Positions 1-13,020 of a stretch of DNA of 64,000 nucleotides are shown here, one piece after another. The notes below the pieces were generated by a model, which saw only the letters and a program-made list of their open reading frames with translations, was not told the DNA's origin and did no database searches. The stretch's first letter is position 1. Each line of letters opens with the position of its first letter. Source of the stretch: the human T2T-CHM13v2.0 reference genome, Homo sapiens; the NCBI RefSeq assembly GCF_009914755.1, contig NC_060927.1, one strand, 5' to 3'. A program made the position numbers and the translations under genes.

Positions 1-379
1 ACACCATGAGAGGTGATGTACAGGCATACACGTGTATGCACACATGTGAATATATATATTTTGATATCCACATCTATATATATGGAAAATACCAGCAACA
101 GTATGTGATAAAGAAAGGCAAAGATATTTACATTGAGGCAGATTACTTGTAAATTTATGTATTTTGTTGTTCTGGTTTGAAAAAGACATGATTATTCATA
201 TATGCAAACCATGGCTAAGAAAAAAACATTGTGCATCTTAGGACCCGTGAGCTGCCCTTCAGTGCCAAAGCAGTTATTGCTGGAAGTTATTCCTCTGTCT
301 CCTCTCCTTACAGGCTTACTTCCTACTTCCCTGAAAGAAAGTTTGAGCTGTATTCATGTAGGCAGAAAAAGGAACTCAA

Positions 380-570
380 AGAGTTCAGGCTCTCAAACCT
401 CTTTGACTTGCCTTCAAATCCAAACTAAACCATGGCTAAGTTGCCATCTCTAAGGTCAGTTTACCTTCTGGCAAAATAGGAATCTTGAGAGCACCTGTTG
501 TAATGAGGATCGAATGAGATAACATATGTAAAGCACAGAGCCTAGCACATAGTAGGCACTTAAAATGTTG
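380..570 (+). mobile_element. MIR SINE fragment
   Basis: MIR core/3' motifs: cagtttacc..ctggcaaaatagg, gaggatcgaatgagataacatatgtaaagcac, cctagcacatagtaggcact. Confidence 0.65.
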
Positions 571-576
571 TTGGTG

Positions 577-1016
<440 letters not shown>

Positions 1017-1029
1017 TGATGATTCTTGT

Positions 1030-1280
1030 GTGAGACAGGATATAGGCTCTAGCTGCTGCAGTGAATAACAAACACCCAAATATTTAAAAGGCATAAACAA
1101 AACAGAATGTCATTTCTTCTCACTCAGAACTGATACGGAAGCTCTATGGTGTTAGACACTCAAGCTCCTCTTGTTACTTTGCCATAATCTACTGGTAGCT
1201 TCCTGTGACTCTAAGATGGCTGCTCCAGCTTCTGCCATCTTATTCACACCTCGGCAATGGGCAGGTGGAAACAGGGAGGG
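1030..1280 (-). mobile_element. Old ERVL/MaLR LTR fragment (MLT1K/LTR33-like)
   Basis: Degenerate motifs aagatggctgctccagcttctgccatc and taacaaacacccaaa. Confidence 0.4.
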
Positions 1281-1299
1281 TAGTTATTCATTCATTCTT

Positions 1300-1860
1300 T
1301 TCTGGCTATCTATTTTTGTGTAATAAATCAAAAAATTTAGTGACCTAAAACAATTAATCATCTCTCATGGTTTCTGTGGAACAGGAATTTGGAAAGGGCA
1401 CTCCTAGGAAGGCTTGTCTCTGCTTCACAATGTCAGGGGTCTCGTCTGGGAAGATTTGAAAGTTGGAGGTGAATCAATGGCTGAGGGCTATTGCCATCTG
1501 TAAGCTTCCTTAACTCACATGTCTGATGGTTGATGCTGGCTACCATCTTTGACTTCAGCTGGGGTTGTTAGCCAGAACACCTACCTGTGGCCTCTCCATG
1601 TGGCTACTTGGGCTTCCTAACTGAATGATGTCTAGGTTCTAAGAGAGAGCCACCTAAAGAGAACCAAGTGAAAGCTTCAGCACCTTTTTATGACATAGCC
1701 TCAGAAGTCAAACAGGGTCCCTCTACTGCTCACAAACCTGCCCAAATCCAGAAGGGTCATAAACCTCACCTCTCAATAGGTGGAGTGGCAAAGTCACAGT
1801 GTAAAAAAAATCATGTGGTATGGAAGATTGTAGGGGTTATTTCTGGAAAGTACAATCTGT
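1300..1860 (-). mobile_element. MaLR solo LTR (MLT1F/G/H-like)
   Basis: Antisense MLT1 motifs: aaatttagtgacctaaaacaa, ctcatggtttctgtgg..caggaatttgg, gtggcctctccatgtgg, atgacatagcctcagaagtca. Confidence 0.75.
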
Positions 1861-1904
1861 GCGAATTTCACCTGTGACTGATATAGCAACTTCGTTGTAG
1901 GAGT

Positions 1905-3030
1905 TATTTGTTCAGTCATGGTTGGAACAGATATTTTTTGAGTGTTATTATATGCTAGGCACCATTCTAGGCTCTAGGGATACAGTAGTGGGGAAAACAA
2001 AGTCCCTGCCCTCATCATAGTTGTATTCTAGTAGGGGAGACAGATAATAAATAGATGTTACATACACCACTGGATAGCGATGAGTGCTGTGAAGAAATTC
2101 AGGCAGAGTAAGGGTGCAGAAAATGACACAGTGTAGATGTTATTTAGATAGCATGGTAAAACAAACAAACAAACAAAAAAGACTTTTCTAAGGAGATGAC
2201 ATAGGAACAGAGACCTCAGAAGTTACATGAACCAGCCATGCAGGAACTGAAAGAAGAGCATGATAGGCAGAGGGAACTGCTTAAGTAAAGATTTGAGATG
2301 GAATAGGCTTGGGTTGTTCACAGCACAGCAATAAAACACATATGACCGAGGACAGGTGCCATGGCTCACTCCTGTAATCCCAGCACTTTGGGAGACCCAG
2401 GCAGGCGGATCACCTGAGGTCAGGAGCTGGAGACCAGCCTGGAACATGGTGAAACCCCATCTCTACTAAAAATACAAAAATCAGCCAGGCATGGTGGTGG
2501 GTGCCTCTACTCCCAGCTACTCGGATGGCTGAGGCAAGAGAACTGCTTGAACCCGAGAGGTGGAGGTTGTAGTGAGCCGAAATCATGCCACTACACTCCA
2601 GTTTGAGTGACAGAGCAAAACCCTGTCTCAAAAAAACAAACAAACAAAAATGTGACTGGAGTAGAAAGATTCTGTAGGCGAGTCAGAGCCTACTCACAGA
2701 AACATTAGACCAAGATAATGAGTCTTGATTTTTTTTTCAAGGAATTTTTAAAGCAGTGAAAGTGATGAAGCATATATATATGTTCATTCTGGTCACCATG
2801 TGGAAAACAGATTGTGTAAGAGGGTAAGAATGAAAGTAGAGGTTATTCCCCTATCCAGGCAAAAGGTAACAATAACTCAAATAGGAGAGTAACCCTGGAG
2901 ATGGGAGGAAGTGGCCAGATCTGGAATCTGTTTGAAAGGTAGGATCAACAGGACCTGCTGATAGATTGGATGTGTAGTGTGAAAGAAAGAGGGGCATGGA
3001 GGATGACTGTTAGGCTTGAGGATCTGGTTT
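1905..3030 (-). mobile_element. L2 LINE 3' region, interrupted by an Alu
   Basis: Antisense L2 3' end: gctaggcaccattctaggctctagggatacagtagtg..aaagtccctgccctcat; resumes after 2650 (gatagattggatgtg..gaaagaaagagg). Confidence 0.8.
2350..2650 (+). mobile_element. AluS, full length
   Basis: Two arms, cacctgaggtcaggag, linker ctactaaaaatacaaaaa, (AAAC)n tail. Confidence 0.95.
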
Positions 3031-3813
3031 GCATTGGAAGTTTCCTTAGCACCCCAAAGCTAGAGGCAATATGGTACAGTGGTTCATATCCCTTGACAGA
3101 GACTCAGGGTCAAAGCATAAAGACTGAGACACTCTAGCAGTGACCTTGAGCTCCTCCCCTCCCCACAGTCCAAGGGCAGAACTGGCCCTATGCACTGAAG
3201 TTTAGCTGGCAGGGGAGGATTAAGTTTCTCAGGTGAGGAGAGAGGAAGGAAGCAGGTGGGTGGGAAGCAGAAGTGTTGAAGGTTATTTTTGCAGTAGCAG
3301 TGGCACAAGGGAATCAGGTACTCCCAGAGCAAAGCACAATGGAGTCCTGAGGAAATCAGGCCTGATAATTCCCTCAGAATCACAGCTTTTGCCTTTTTAT
3401 GCTAGGCACCCAGTGGGCACTCCCTAAACACCATTAACCACAAAAATGATGTTGTTGACTGGGCAGCACTGCCACTCGTTTGACCAATTATTTATGATCA
3501 TTCAGCTGATTTCCCACTCTTGTTAATAGTCTTCAATTTTACTGCAAACACAATTAGGACACACCAAACCCAGTGGTTTACCACCACAAAATTAGATCTC
3601 ATCTACCACTGGATGCCTTTATGCACTAAATTTATGGCTAACAGACCCACTAACAAAGTTCCAGGCAGGGTTCCCCTGCCTGCAGATGTAGACAGTTGTA
3701 AGAAAAGTCTAGACTGGAGTCAGCCCTACCAGTGAAGGATGGAGTTGACATCCTCTTTCTCAGCAACTTTAGTCCACCTGCTTGCTTCTTCCTCACCATT
3801 GTATTGTAACCTT

Positions 3814-3814
3814 C

Positions 3815-3850
<36 letters not shown>

Positions 3851-3940
3851 GCACACACACACACATATTTATGATCAGCTTGCATTATAGCCTTTATATA
3901 CACACACACACACACACATATATATATATGTATGTATATA
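3814..3940. repeat. Compound (TA)n/(CA)n microsatellites
   Basis: Two TA/CA blocks separated by about 25 bp. Confidence 0.9.
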
Positions 3941-4372
3941 ATATAGTTTGAATATATGTCCCTGCCACATCTCATGGTGAATTGGAGGTGTTGGAGGTGG
4001 GGCCTGGTAGGAGGTATTTGAGTCATGGGGGCAGGTCTTTCAAATACCTGGTAGGAGGCATTTGAGTCATGAGGTTAACTCAGTGGTGAGGTCTTCCCAA
4101 TGGTGAGGCCATTCTCATGAGATCTGGTCATTTAAAGTGTGTGGCACCTCCCCCTCAACTCTCTCTCACTCATGCTTTTGCCGTGTGAAGTACCTGCTCC
4201 TACTTCGATATCCACCATGAGTAAAGGCTCCTGAGGCCTCCCAAGAAGCTGAGTAGATGCTGGCACCATGCTTGTATATTCTGCAGAACCGTGAGCCAAT
4301 TAAACCTCTTTTCTTTATAAATTACCCACCCTCAGATATTTCATTATAGCAATGCAAGAATGGCCTAACGCC
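3939..4372 (+). mobile_element. MaLR solo LTR (MSTB-like)
   Basis: atagtttgaatatatgtccctgccacatctcatg...gtgagccaattaaacctcttttctttataaattaccca..gcaatgcaagaatggcctaa. Confidence 0.9.
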
Positions 4373-5649
4373 ACACACACACACACACATACACATTTCT
4401 TTTCAAATCTCAATTCATTCAGAAGGGCAGTCTTCTTCCAATTTTTGCTCTCTCTCTTTCTCCCATCACCTTATGTTTCATATTCAAGTCAAATTGAGAA
4501 AAAAGGTTTGAAATTACATCCTTTTCCAAAGTCATACAATTGAACTTTTCCTCTTTAGGTCTATTTTTCACTTTCTGGATTTTCCCCTAGGGTGTAGTTC
4601 TTCAGTATAGTTATGGAATGCTTTTTCTTGATATCAAAATATTTTCCAACTTAGAGCCTACACATGTAACTATCCTTCTCCACCAACCCCAACAGATAGA
4701 AAACAAAACCATGGAAAGTGCAAATCCAAAGTGAATATTAAGGACAGGCTGGCTTCCCTTTGTATCACACTGTGCCCACTCACCTCCACCCCAAACTCCT
4801 TAACTCATGTATAACCTGGGAAAGCAATCTCCTGGGAATAATTCCAGAACACATTTAGAGCAAAAAAAGAATGGTGAATTCTCTAAATAATAATATCCAG
4901 AGCCAACTGGAAAAATATTTTGCATAACTCAAACACCCTTGATTAGTACAGCTGATCAGTATTTGACTTATATTTCTTTGAGACATTTAACCTACAGATT
5001 TTCTTTCCTACCTTAACGACCTGTCAAACACAATTTTGTAAAACCATCCCATGTGTGACAGATAATCCCAGGACTTTCTCCTAGATGTGATGCTCTAAGC
5101 CTTTTTTCTAGGGCTTCGCTAGGCTTCATTTAACTGTTTCTGGTTTTATTTTTAAGTCATCAATGAAGGTACACTTTATCTTATTAAAATGGATTTATTG
5201 TATATTTTGGAGTGAGTAAACAACTTGCTGATTCTCTAATCTTAGAGACTAAAGACTTGGTTATTTTAACAAATTGAGACTCTAGTCCTCACTCTCTTCT
5301 TACTTTCCTGATACCTAAGAAGTACCTCTTACTAACTCTACTAAACTCTCACAGTCTTTTAGACCCTAAGTCTCACTTTATTTATCAATTGCATGTCAAA
5401 ATAACAGTAAACTGAAGGAAAAAACACACAACATCAAATCACACTTTCTGCAGACTGATTGTTGTGGTTTTAAAATGTCCCACAATTTTTATATTTTTTA
5501 TATTCCTCCTTTGCATGTAGACTGGACTTAGTGACTTGGTTCTTCTGCAGATAAAATATGCAGAAGTACCTGCATGTGACTTTCAGGATCAGGTCATAAA
5601 ATTCATTGCAGTCTCCCCTTTGCTCTCTCGTGGAACACTTCCTCTGGGG

Positions 5650-6267
5650 TGTGGGAGACCAGAAATGCCTCCCTAAAATTTGAAAGACTGTTGAGCTGAA
5701 GACTATTAGGAAGAAATAGATGCAGGAGAGCTATCTACCCTCCCTCTGTTTGTCTGAAAGCAGGACATACATTTACATAGATTTCCCTGCTCTCTACCAG
5801 GGAGAACAAAGGTTAACCACTGACATCAGCTTTAGACACCCAAAAGCTAGATGATACTAGATAGCCAGATGATACCAGAGGAAGACAACAGCCAGATAAT
5901 ACCAGATAGCCAGATGATACCAGAGGAAGAGAACAGCCAGGTGATACCAGAGGAGTTAATATTAACAAGCATTATTAACAAAATTTTATCTGCCATTTGA
6001 TTGCCTTCCTCCCAAGTTGCTGCCTGTTAAGACTCAGAGTCCTCTGCCTTGTTACTTCTCTACAAATGTACTGTTTTGTTGATGATGCTATAGAAGCTGG
6101 AATTCAAAGCCACCTCTTTGAGAACTATTCATTCCTGGATGTCTCCCATGCATTTGTGAAATATATACATTAAGAAACTTTTCTTTGTTTTTTTCTTGTT
6201 AATCTGTCTTTTGTAACAGAGGTCCATTCCAGTTATGAACCTATGGGTATTATTATTTTCCCCCACA
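5650..6267 (+). mobile_element. ERV1 solo LTR, MER34-group
   Basis: TG...CA ends; tgtgggagaccagaa..ttgagctgaagactatt..agatgcaggagagct; ttttcttgttaatctgtcttttgt. Confidence 0.8.
5849..5955. repeat. 45-bp tandem repeat (about 2.4 copies) inside the LTR
   Basis: agatgatactagatagccagatgataccagaggaagacaacagcc / agataataccagatagccagatgataccagaggaagagaacagcc / aggtgataccagaggag. Confidence 0.9.
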
Positions 6268-6566
6268 AAAGAACAAGCTATCATGTTATGAAGACACTCA
6301 AGCAGCCCATTGGAGAGGTCCACATGATGAGGAACTGAGGCCTTCTGCCAAAAACCATGTAAACAAACCATCTTGGAAGTGGATCTTCCAGCCCCAGTCA
6401 AGATTTTAAATGACTGCAACCCTGGCCAATGTCTTGATCACAATATCATGAGGGACCATAAACCAGAGCCACCCAGTTAAGCTTCTCCATAATCTTGCAT
6501 CCACAGAAACTGAGATAACAAATGTTTGTTGTTTTAAGCTGGTAAATTTTGGGATAATTTATTATG

Positions 6567-6792
<226 letters not shown>

Positions 6793-6993
6793 TTATTACG
6801 CAGCAATAGATAACTAATACAGTGATTGCTTCACAGATGTATTAACCTTTTCTCTATTTGGTAACTGTATCTTACACTTATATTTTTTGTAAGCCCCTGT
6901 AATCAGGGCAGTTGGTTATTACACAGAAAACATGTGCAACACTTAATTGACTCAAAAGGTAGTCTGTGTATTTTTTAAGTAAAAAAAAGTTTC

Positions 6994-7288
6994 TGCCAGG
7001 TACAGTGGCTGACACCTATAATCCCAATACTTTTGGAGGCTGATGTGGGAGGATCACTTGAGCCCAGGAGTTCAAAATCAGCCTGGGCAACATAGGGAGA
7101 CCCCATCTCTATAAAAATTTTAAAAATCAGTGGCGGGTGGTGGTGCATGCCTGTTGTCCCAGCTACTCCGGAGGCTGAGGTAGAAGGACTGCTTGAGATC
7201 AGGAGGTCAAGGCTGCAGTAAGCTATGATCACACCACTGCACTCCAGCATGGGCAACAGAGTGAAACCCTGTCTCAAAAAAAAGAACA
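6994..7288 (+). mobile_element. AluJ, full length
   Basis: ggaggatcacttgagcccaggagttc, gggagaccccatctctataaaaattttaaaaatcag, ggtcaaggctgcagtaagctatgatc. Confidence 0.93.
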
Positions 7289-7329
7289 AGTTTTTTAAAG
7301 TGTCATGTTTCTGATGGAAAATTGTTATA

Positions 7330-7580
7330 ATAATATCATTTATTGAATACTCTTGTATGTGGGACAATGATTATATTACATTCATATATAACATAAATTA
7401 TATTATGTTTGTATATTACATAATCTATAATCATATTAAATTGTAAAATCTCATTTCAACCTTATCACAACTTTTGCAGTTGATATTATTATCACAATTT
7501 TATGGAGTAGAAAAGTAAGTCACAGAGAAGATGAGTAACTCATTAATAAGTGGCAAAGTTAGAACTCAAAACCACGTCTT
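7330..7580 (-). mobile_element. MIR
   Basis: tattattatcacaattttatggagtagaaaagtaagtcacagagaag..taagtggcaaagttagaactcaaaacc. Confidence 0.6.
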
Positions 7581-9019
7581 AGAAGACTATTTTCTGCTCT
7601 TTCTGTGACCACAAAAGATTCATTTTTAAAAAACTTTCCACCGGAAAATCATCCAATAAACATGTGTGACTTTGACTTAAATTGTGTCTTATCAGACAAA
7701 GTATCTCACAATCTTCCCATAGTAATCAAGATCCTAAATTATTATATTATTGTCTTCATCCATTTAGATTGTTTTTGCATCCTTTTTAACACATTAGAAC
7801 ATATCAAATTGATGTGGAAACTCTTAACTCAGCTGCACCCCAAATTTTCCTCCTGTGGTGAAATTCTTTTACATTGTAATGAGTTTACTGGTACCACTGC
7901 TTACCAATCTCATTCTCTATTACTCTCACATAGGCTATAAAAATCTTAGCAAGTTGTTGGGAAAAATTAATTCAAACATCTCTATCATTAAAGTTAAGAC
8001 AATGTTTCTATAAAAATCTGTCTCAATTTTTGAAATAAGCTATATGGAAACACACTTAATCTCAGTCTCAATAGATGTTTTTTTCACCATCAAAATGATC
8101 TTTCAGATAATTTAGGTCAAACTCATGCAATACAAGTGAGATAATTGTTAAAAAATTTTTTCTCAAACTGTTATAATTTTTTCATATCAAAAGTAACAAC
8201 TAACAATGGTTTCCTGCATTCACAGGTGAATGATTTTCTCCAATTTCTAAAATAAATGACCTCAAATGAATTATTTCCAGAGCACTATATTATATTGTGT
8301 TTGTTTCTCTAACTACACAATGTTCTTAATTCAAAGACTAAAAGGATCTTAAAATTTCTTAACAATAGGTCTCATTGTCTTAAATTTTCATTGGTATGAT
8401 TTTTCATAGAAGCAGATTTTTTTCCTTTCTCATTTTCCATTTGACACTCCAGACTGTTCAATTTGTTGAAAGACAGAAGGCCTAAGAAACACATTAATCT
8501 GTTTTTCCAAAACTGTGGAGCTCCTACAGGCTTCTTTTAACATTTGCATAATAAAAAGTACAACTGTAGTATTTCTGAGAAATAAAAATATTTCCCAATT
8601 TAGCTATTAGGAAATCTTTTTCTATACTTTTCATTACAAAAGAACTTAGTAACTGGGAGATCAAGCAAAGAAAATCCAATTATTACATAGTTTTCTCTAC
8701 CCTTTTACTTACAATTGGTCTTTGAAGGACACTTTTTATCCTACATCTTGCTATGGAATTGTTTGTATAAATGCCTTATTTTCTTCCCCAGTAGATTATA
8801 ACCAGTGATAAGCAGATGTGTTTCATCAAATGTTTGACTCTTCTTTAGGTCCTAACTGAATCTCTTAATGTAAATATCTCTCAAATTAAAAAGGCCTTTT
8901 ATGGGACTTTTAGCCCCCTAAGACTTCAGACACAGTGTTAACAAAAAAAAAAATGGCTTTGGTCTCCACATGAAAACTGAAATTTGTCCCTTATCCATTC
9001 TCCAAAGGCATCTATGATA

Positions 9020-9468
9020 GATCATATTCATTGGTTCCAATTCTTCTCTCTCCTAGGCTAGAATACAAGCAATTTTATGATTCTCTCTCAGTATAAGTGA
9101 AACACATTTTCTCTGCCTTGTTGATATAAAACTTGTTTTCTGACATGCTTGCTTTGGCCAATGAAATGTTAATGGAGGCCTTAAATGTACTTGCACAGTT
9201 TGATTTGCCTCTAACATTCCTGCTGTTCACATGAGATGAGCATGCTGCAGATAGCTGTTAGTTCAAATGGGAATGAGAGAAATGTGGAATAAATTTGGAT
9301 CCAACATGTAGGGTTGATTCAAGTTCAGCTGGTACTAGCCAAGCACAACAGAACCTTAGCCAAATGTAGATTTATGAGCAAAACAAAATTAAATGCTTGT
9401 TATTGTAAGACATTGATGTTTGGGGGTAGTTCGTTACACAGCATTATTGCAGTAATGGCTGTCTATTA
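9020..9468 (+). mobile_element. MaLR solo LTR (MLT1H/I-like)
   Basis: ttgctttggccaatgaaatg; 3' end aaatgcttgttattgtaagacattgatgtttgggggtagttcgttacacagcattattg. Confidence 0.7.
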
Positions 9469-10533
9469 AAGTGCCCATGTCCCTTACCCCATTAGTTCTC
9501 CTATCTTTGTTGAATAACTTAAATGAGTTAAGACATTTCGGGCACTTGGTAAGTGTTGGTTGTTGTTATTCTGCTGTCTTATGAATATAGGCTATAAATT
9601 GAGAGATACAAGACCCCAAATGTCCAAAACCATGCTGCCCCCTACTCTGTCATAGTAGTGCCATCCACTCATACTTACACTATGGTACAGTACATGGCAC
9701 AGTTGATTTCAGAGACAAATGAATTTCATTACAGGAAAATTGGTTTCTAGTACATAAAAAAATCTGAGTCCAACCTCAACTGCTGAGAAGTAGATTTCTT
9801 GAAATCACAGGCAAGCACATTCTGTAGGGGAAACAGGAAGGTTAAAAGGTAGACCGTTAATATGACTCTATTTAATTATTAATCTGGCTTCAAAAGTCTA
9901 TCTACAAAAACCAAAGAGTTAATTTCTGTCCTAGCTGTGCACAAAGGCTTATCTCTATAGCTATCTCAGCATTACTTTGGAAGTAAAAATGTTGGAAACA
10001 ACATAAATGCACAGTAGGAAATCAAGTAAATTTTGATGCAGATATACAATGGGATAGTATGGAGCCATATTACTTTCCTGTTATAGAAAAATATTAAATA
10101 ATAGGGAAAGATGTCCACTATATGTTGCTTAAATGGAAAAAATAGAGTTACAAAATGATATTTGCAGTTTGATCCCATCTTTTTTAAAGAAAATATGTAT
10201 TTAACAATGTGAAAAGATATTCAACCACACTTATTTAATGGAAATGCAAATTGAAACCACATCAAGAACCATTTTCATGTATTAGATTGTGACAGACCCA
10301 GAGTTTCATAACATCGTTGGGTGAGATGCTGAGGAAAAAGACATGCTCATCCATTGCTCATGAGAAATGTAAATTCGTATAACTTGTATGGAGAATGATA
10401 GGGCAATAGCTATCAAAATTGCATACGCGTATTTTTGAATCAGCAATTCTAAATTCAAATTCTAGAATTTCAAATTTCGAATTCTACAAATATATCCCAA
10501 AATATTTGCACTTATTATGTGCAAAATACAAGG

Positions 10534-10916
10534 TGTTCTAGGTTGCACTGCATCCCCTCAAAATTATATGTTGAAATCCTAAGCTATGGTACCTCAGAAT
10601 GTGAACTTATTTGGAGATAACATCTTTACAGAGGTAGTCAAGGTAAAATGAGGTCATTAGGGTGGACCCTAATCCATTGTGACTGGTATCCTTGTAAATA
10701 CAGGAAATTTGGACACAGAAACATAGTCAGAGAAAGAAGACGATGTGAGAAGACAGAGCAGAAAGATGGTCATCTAGAAGCCAATGAGAGAGGCCTGGAG
10801 CTAGATCCTTCTAGTTCTGAGACTTCTAGCCTCAGAACTATGATACAATAAATGTCTGTGGTTACAGCCACCTAGACTAAGGAATTTCATTGGGACAGCC
10901 CTATCCAACTAATACA
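10534..10916 (+). mobile_element. MaLR solo LTR (MLT1B-like)
   Basis: tacctcagaatgtgaacttatttggagat..aaaatgaggtcattagggtggaccctaatcca; ends aactaataca. Confidence 0.85.
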
Positions 10917-11025
10917 CAATTCTCTCATCACAGAATTGTGAAAAGAAAAGATTGGAAACAACCTAAATAACCATTAATGGGGAACTGGTTAAGTAAATTA
11001 AAGGTATAATGAATTTATATATGTA

Positions 11026-11032
<7 letters not shown>

Positions 11033-11060
<28 letters not shown>
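11033..11060. repeat. (TG)n microsatellite
   Basis: About 14 TG units. Confidence 0.9.
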
Positions 11061-11062
<2 letters not shown>

Positions 11063-11183
11063 ATATATATTCATTTATTGAATACCATACATCATTTTAA
11101 AAAGAAAATGCTTTTTGAATTAATATAGAAATAGCTCCAAGATGGATAGTTAAATGAAAAAACAAGACACAGAACAATATGAA

Positions 11184-11411
11184 GGCCCAGTTGGTGGCTC
11201 ACTCCTGTAATCCTAGCACTTTGGAGGCTGAAGCGGGTAGATCACTTGAGGTCAGGAGTTCAAGATCACCCTCGCTAGCATGGTGAAATTAGCCAGGCAT
11301 GGTGGTGGGTGCCTGTAGTCCCAGGTACTCAGGAGGCTGAGGCAAGGGAATAGCTAGAACCCGGGAGCCGGAGCCTGCAGTGAGCTGAGATCGTGCCACT
11401 GCACTCTAGAA
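11184..11411 (+). mobile_element. AluS lacking the central linker and 3' tail
   Basis: Both arms present; TSD agaacaatatgaa (11171-11183) / agaacaatttgaa (11412-11424). Confidence 0.9.
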
Positions 11412-12254
11412 AGAACAATTTGAATATTATGCCAACATTTAGGTGGCAGAGGAAGAAAAATATACACACATAATTATTTGAATCTACTTAGAATATCTCT
11501 GCAAGATCACAGAACATTGAAATCTCTGAAGAGAACTGGACAGCTAAGGTTCTGAAGAAGGAAGATTTTTCACTTTATAACCTTTTTACTTTTTGAATTT
11601 TGAACCATAAGACTGCATTACTTATTCAAGAATAATTTGTGTTTATGTGGATATGTATATACATATAGTAGAGAAATTAACTAAAAGAATATAAACATAT
11701 AATCTTAGGGCAGTAAGATAGAGGTTATTTTTTATTCTTATCTCCTTTTTGCTTAAAGTATTACCTCTGCAATTAGAAAAACCACTACACTTTTAAACAT
11801 ATTATATACCATTTAAGGATAGGAACATAGAGGCAATAAAGAGAATTGTCTTGTTTTGCTTTGCTTTTTAATCAACATGGTAGGAAGTACATTAATAGAA
11901 GGACCTTAGAGAGAAGCTTCCAGCTGAGAACCAGAAAATAAAAGCAATATTAAGTAATTTTCATGGTTATCTTAACTTCCACATACTAAGTCAAGAAGAA
12001 TTACTTTATTTCAACAGATGCGAATGCAACAGCCTATTTTAATTCACTAGCTTGAAATATAAAACTCATCATTCATTGGGATGCCATTAAAATAAAGCCT
12101 ACATGTGTCTACTCTGAGATTCAGTCTTCAGTAATAGTCCACCACTATAATTGTGAAGAATCAGGTGCCTTACCTTCATATGTAGACTATCATTAACTAC
12201 ATTATATCTGAAAGACTGTCTCTCAGAGGAGATAAATAAAATTGAGGACAAGTA

Positions 12255-12480
12255 TTTGAGCCCTTATCAGTTTATTAATGAACTAGCAAACTCCTGTGTA
12301 TAATGGATAACACCATAGGGCTAACTGAGCTAAAGACAGCAATGATACTATTGTATGTGGAGCAAAACCACTCCCATAGGCATGCTCGAAGATAACATGA
12401 AAAAGAGAGCCCTGAATAATGTGAATTTTAATGTTGACTTTGAAAAGATTTCATTTTTCTATAGGATAATCTGGGTCAGC
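12255..12480 (+). mobile_element. Possible very old non-LTR reverse-transcriptase remnant (RTE/L4- or CR1-like)
   Basis: Frameshifted translation gives ISLL..SKLL..EQ..VDFEK....RIIW in RT motif order. Confidence 0.3.
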
Positions 12481-13020
12481 AATAGACCTGTACAGATTTG
12501 CTAGTATTAAAGGTCTATGGAAAGAAATTGCTTATAAAAAAGGCTGCACAATTTGTATTTTCTTGATTTTACAAAGCAGACAACATATCATTCATAGCCC
12601 CATATTTATCTTTAATATGTGGCTATTCCAGAATGAGGTAGTTCAAATGGGTTTTTCATTTGCTGGTTTAAAAATAAAATCTTGTCAAACTCATTAGAGA
12701 ATTTAAAAGCATTGGGTAAGAATGGTTTTGCATTACAGGTAGATTTAACATCTCAATTTTTTGAGTCAGATCCAAACCCTTCTCAGTTTTTATTCTTCTC
12801 CCCATATAGCAGTTGGGATAAAATTCTTGGCTCTGCTTCAAAAGAGAAATAATACATTGGTATTTTATGATGGGCCTTCAAGAGGAACACTGAAGTAAAA
12901 TCATGTCTCCATAATTTTCATCATTATGAAAAATATTAAAGTATCTCAATGGTGGATACTCCCAGAAATTGCCTTGGGCAACAGGAGGAAGGTATTCCCA
13001 AGTACCCACTGCTGACCCCT

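Larger units (their letters stand above)
9940..11780 (+). mobile_element. Old L1 (L1M/L1ME) ORF2-end and 3' UTR fragments, interrupted by an LTR, (TG)n and an Alu
   Basis: gaaaagatattcaacc, ggaaatgcaaattgaaaccac, cagcaattct, ttggaaacaacctaaataaccattaatggggaactggttaagtaaatta. Confidence 0.75.

Noticed and set aside
3650-4026. ORFs rich in CV/HT/YI (also 48994, 49091, 32232)
   Set aside because: Translations of dinucleotide microsatellites.
5849-5955. Repeat-spacer-like pattern resembling a CRISPR array
   Set aside because: The intervening segments repeat too, the context is a eukaryotic LTR, and there are no cas genes; it is a minisatellite.
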